Shown here one piece after another: positions 30,287 through 32,000 of a stretch of DNA of 32,000 bases. A program made the translations under genes and the position numbers. The notes under the pieces were generated by a model. The model was not told the DNA's origin and did no database searches. It worked only from the letters and a program-made list of their open reading frames with translations. Source of the stretch: Pseudodesulfovibrio mercurii (GTDB lineage Bacteria; Desulfobacterota; Desulfovibrionia; Desulfovibrionales; Desulfovibrionaceae); assembly GCF_000189295.2 (NCBI RefSeq), contig NC_016803.1, positions 2,850,001-2,882,000 of the forward strand, given 5' to 3'. Each line of letters opens with the position of its first letter. The first letter of the stretch is position 1.

Positions 30287-31132
30287 ATGGGTTACACGAT
30301 TCTGAAAAAAGAGGAACTGATCCCGGGCCAGACCACCATGATGGTCATTGAGGCGCCCCAGATCGCCACGAAGGCCAAGCCCGGCAACTTCGTCATGCTC
30401 CGCGCCAGCGAGCACGGCGAACGCATCCCCCTGACCATTGCGGACTGCGACCGGGAAAAGGGAACCATCACCATCGTTTACCTGGTCGTCGGCAAGACCA
30501 CCGCCGAGATGAACACCCTCAAGGAAGGGGGCGAGTTCGTGGACGTGTGCGGCCCCCTCGGGCGGCCCACCCACATCGAGAAGTCCGGCACCGTGGTCTG
30601 CGTGGGCGGCGGCACCGGCATCGCGGCCATGCACCACATCGCCAAGGGCCACGTGGAGGCGGGCAACCGGGTCATCGCCATCATCGGGGCGCGGTCCAAG
30701 AACCTGCTCCTGTTCTGCTCCGAACTTTCTTCGTTCTGTCCCGAGGTGCGCATCGCCACCGACGACGGCTCCGAGGGCCACAAGGGGTTCGTCACCGAGG
30801 TTCTCAAGGATATCCTCGAGACCGAGGACGAGGTGGCCGAGGTGGTCGCCATCGGCCCGGTGCCCATGATGGAGGCCGTCTGCCGCGTGACCCTGCCCTT
30901 CAACGTCAAGACCACCGTGTCGCTGAACTCCATCATGGTGGACGGCATCGGCATGTGCGGCGCGTGCCGCTGCACCGTGGGCGGCAAGACCCTGTTCGCC
31001 TGCGTGGACGGGCCCGAGTTCGACGGCCACCAGGTGGACTTCGCCGAGCTCCGCACCCGGCTGTGGCAGTTCAAGAAGCAGGAGGAGGAATCCATGGAAT
31101 TGTTCAGCAAGGAGTGCCACTGCCATGGCTGA
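30287..31132 (+). CDS. nfnA: NfnA / SudB-type subunit (FAD + [2Fe-2S]) of NADH-dependent ferredoxin:NADP oxidoreductase or sulfide dehydrogenase-like enzyme
   Basis: PGNFVMLR...RIPLTIAD FAD-binding pattern, VGGGTGIA NAD(P) motif, and C-terminal GMCGACRC...CVDGPEF [2Fe-2S] motif. The nfn versus sud assignment cannot be made from sequence alone. Confidence 0.85.
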   Translation: MGYTILKKEELIPGQTTMMVIEAPQIATKAKPGNFVMLRASEHGERIPLTIADCDREKGTITIVYLVVGKTTAEMNTLKEGGEFVDVCGPLGRPTHIEKSGTVVCVGGGTGIAAMHHIAKGHVEAGNRVIAIIGARSKNLLLFCSELSSFCPEVRIATDDGSEGHKGFVTEVLKDILETEDEVAEVVAIGPVPMMEAVCRVTLPFNVKTTVSLNSIMVDGIGMCGACRCTVGGKTLFACVDGPEFDGHQVDFAELRTRLWQFKKQEEESMELFSKECHCHG

Positions 31133-32000
31133 GAAGAAACAGAAGAAAGTTCGCGGCCGCACCCCCATGCCCCACCAGGACCCCCAGGTCCGGGCCGGTA
31201 ATTTCAGCGAGGTCGCCCTGGGCTACTCCCGCGCCCAGGCCATCCTGGAGGCCGAGCGCTGCCTGCAATGCAAAAAGCCCACCTGCACCGACGGTTGCCC
31301 GGTGAGCATCGACATCAAGGGGTTCATCGCCTGCCTGGTGGACGACGACCTCAAGGGCGCCTACGACGCCATCCGCAAGACCAACTCCCTGCCCGCGGTC
31401 TGCGGCCGGGTCTGCCCCCAGGAGAATCAGTGCGAGGGCAGCTGCATCCTGGGCAAAAAGCACGAGCCCGTGGCCATCGGCCGCCTGGAACGCTACGTGG
31501 CCGACGCCTACGCCGCCGAGTCCGCCTGCGAGGAGGTCACGGACCTGTCCACCTGCGCCCTGGAGCGCGACGACCTCAAGGTCGCCTGCATCGGCTCCGG
31601 CCCGTCCTCCCTGACCGTGGCCGGCTACCTGGCCGGACGCGGCATCAAGGTGGACGTGTACGAGGCCCTGCACGAGCCCGGCGGCGTGCTCATCTACGGC
31701 ATCCCCGAGTTCCGTCTGCCCAAGTCCGTGGTCGCCCGCGAACTGGACGGCCTGCGCAAACTCGGCGTGACCTTCCACACCAACTGGGTGGGCGGCAAGA
31801 CCATCACCATCCAGGACCTGTTCGACCAGGGGTACAACGCCGTCTTCATCGGCGTGGGCGCGGGCTTGCCGCGCTTCCTGAACGTGCCGGGCGAGAACCT
31901 CGTCGGCGTGTTCTCAGCCAACGAATACCTGACCCGCGTCAACCTCGGCCGGGCCTACGACTTCCCCAACCACGACACCCCGGCCTACAAGGCCCGCCGC
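31125..32000 (+). CDS. nfnB: NfnB / GltD-type subunit (glutamate synthase small-chain-like, 2x[4Fe-4S] + FAD), N-terminal 292 aa; continues past the window
   Basis: Not in the ORF track because there is no stop in the window. My translation from the ATG at 31125 (8-nt overlap with nfnA) gives MAEKKQKKVRGRTPMP...CLQCKKPTCTDGCPVSIDI...VCGRVCPQENQCEGSC...KVACIGSGPSSLTVAGYLA, and the frame stays open to base 32000. Confidence 0.9.
   Translation, partial: MAEKKQKKVRGRTPMPHQDPQVRAGNFSEVALGYSRAQAILEAERCLQCKKPTCTDGCPVSIDIKGFIACLVDDDLKGAYDAIRKTNSLPAVCGRVCPQENQCEGSCILGKKHEPVAIGRLERYVADAYAAESACEEVTDLSTCALERDDLKVACIGSGPSSLTVAGYLAGRGIKVDVYEALHEPGGVLIYGIPEFRLPKSVVARELDGLRKLGVTFHTNWVGGKTITIQDLFDQGYNAVFIGVGAGLPRFLNVPGENLVGVFSANEYLTRVNLGRAYDFPNHDTPAYKARR

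Overview
This is a high-GC chromosomal segment. Its gene content and order look like core genome of a Desulfovibrio-type sulfate reducer (family-level guess only, inferred from gene content). No rRNA, tRNA, CRISPR array, transposase, integrase, prophage or recognisable defence genes were seen.

Gene content, left to right:
- 3' end of a sensor histidine kinase (+).
- A minus-strand operon of three stand-alone response regulators, with HDOD, degenerate HD-GYP and canonical HD-GYP outputs.
- An MFS transporter.
- A translationally coupled DUF523/TudS-like plus DUF45/YgjP-like pair.
- A small orphan protein, a GT9 heptosyltransferase and a secreted hypothetical protein.
- The F1-plus-stalk ATP synthase operon atpF'-F-H-A-G-D-C (minus strand; no a, c or I genes).
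- A bactofilin gene directly downstream of the elongasome operon mreB-mreC-mreD-mrdA-rodA (minus strand).
- A TIGR01212-type radical SAM gene coupled to ogt.
- A small zinc-ribbon membrane protein.
- recQ, copA and copZ (all minus strand).
- A DHA2-type MFS transporter and an orphan 137-aa protein.
- nfnA/nfnB-like genes (sulfide dehydrogenase / GltD-like); the second runs off the window.

Many long ORFs in the supplied track are GC-driven antisense or out-of-frame artefacts, including the 1525-aa, 1240-aa N-terminal part, 866-aa and 669-aa ORFs. Several true genes start well inside their track ORF.

I do not see a convincing brand-new multi-gene system. The best candidates for follow-up are:
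1. The three-regulator HD-superfamily operon with a catalytically degenerate middle member.
2. A 183-bp lower-GC element, bounded by a 15-20 bp inverted repeat, whose outermost triplets are the stop codons of two convergent genes.
3. The bactofilin appended to the Rod-complex operon.
4. TGTGA-type operator-like sites in the atp, bactofilin and nfn leader regions.
5. Two unusual translationally coupled pairs (TudS/YgjP and radical SAM/Ogt).
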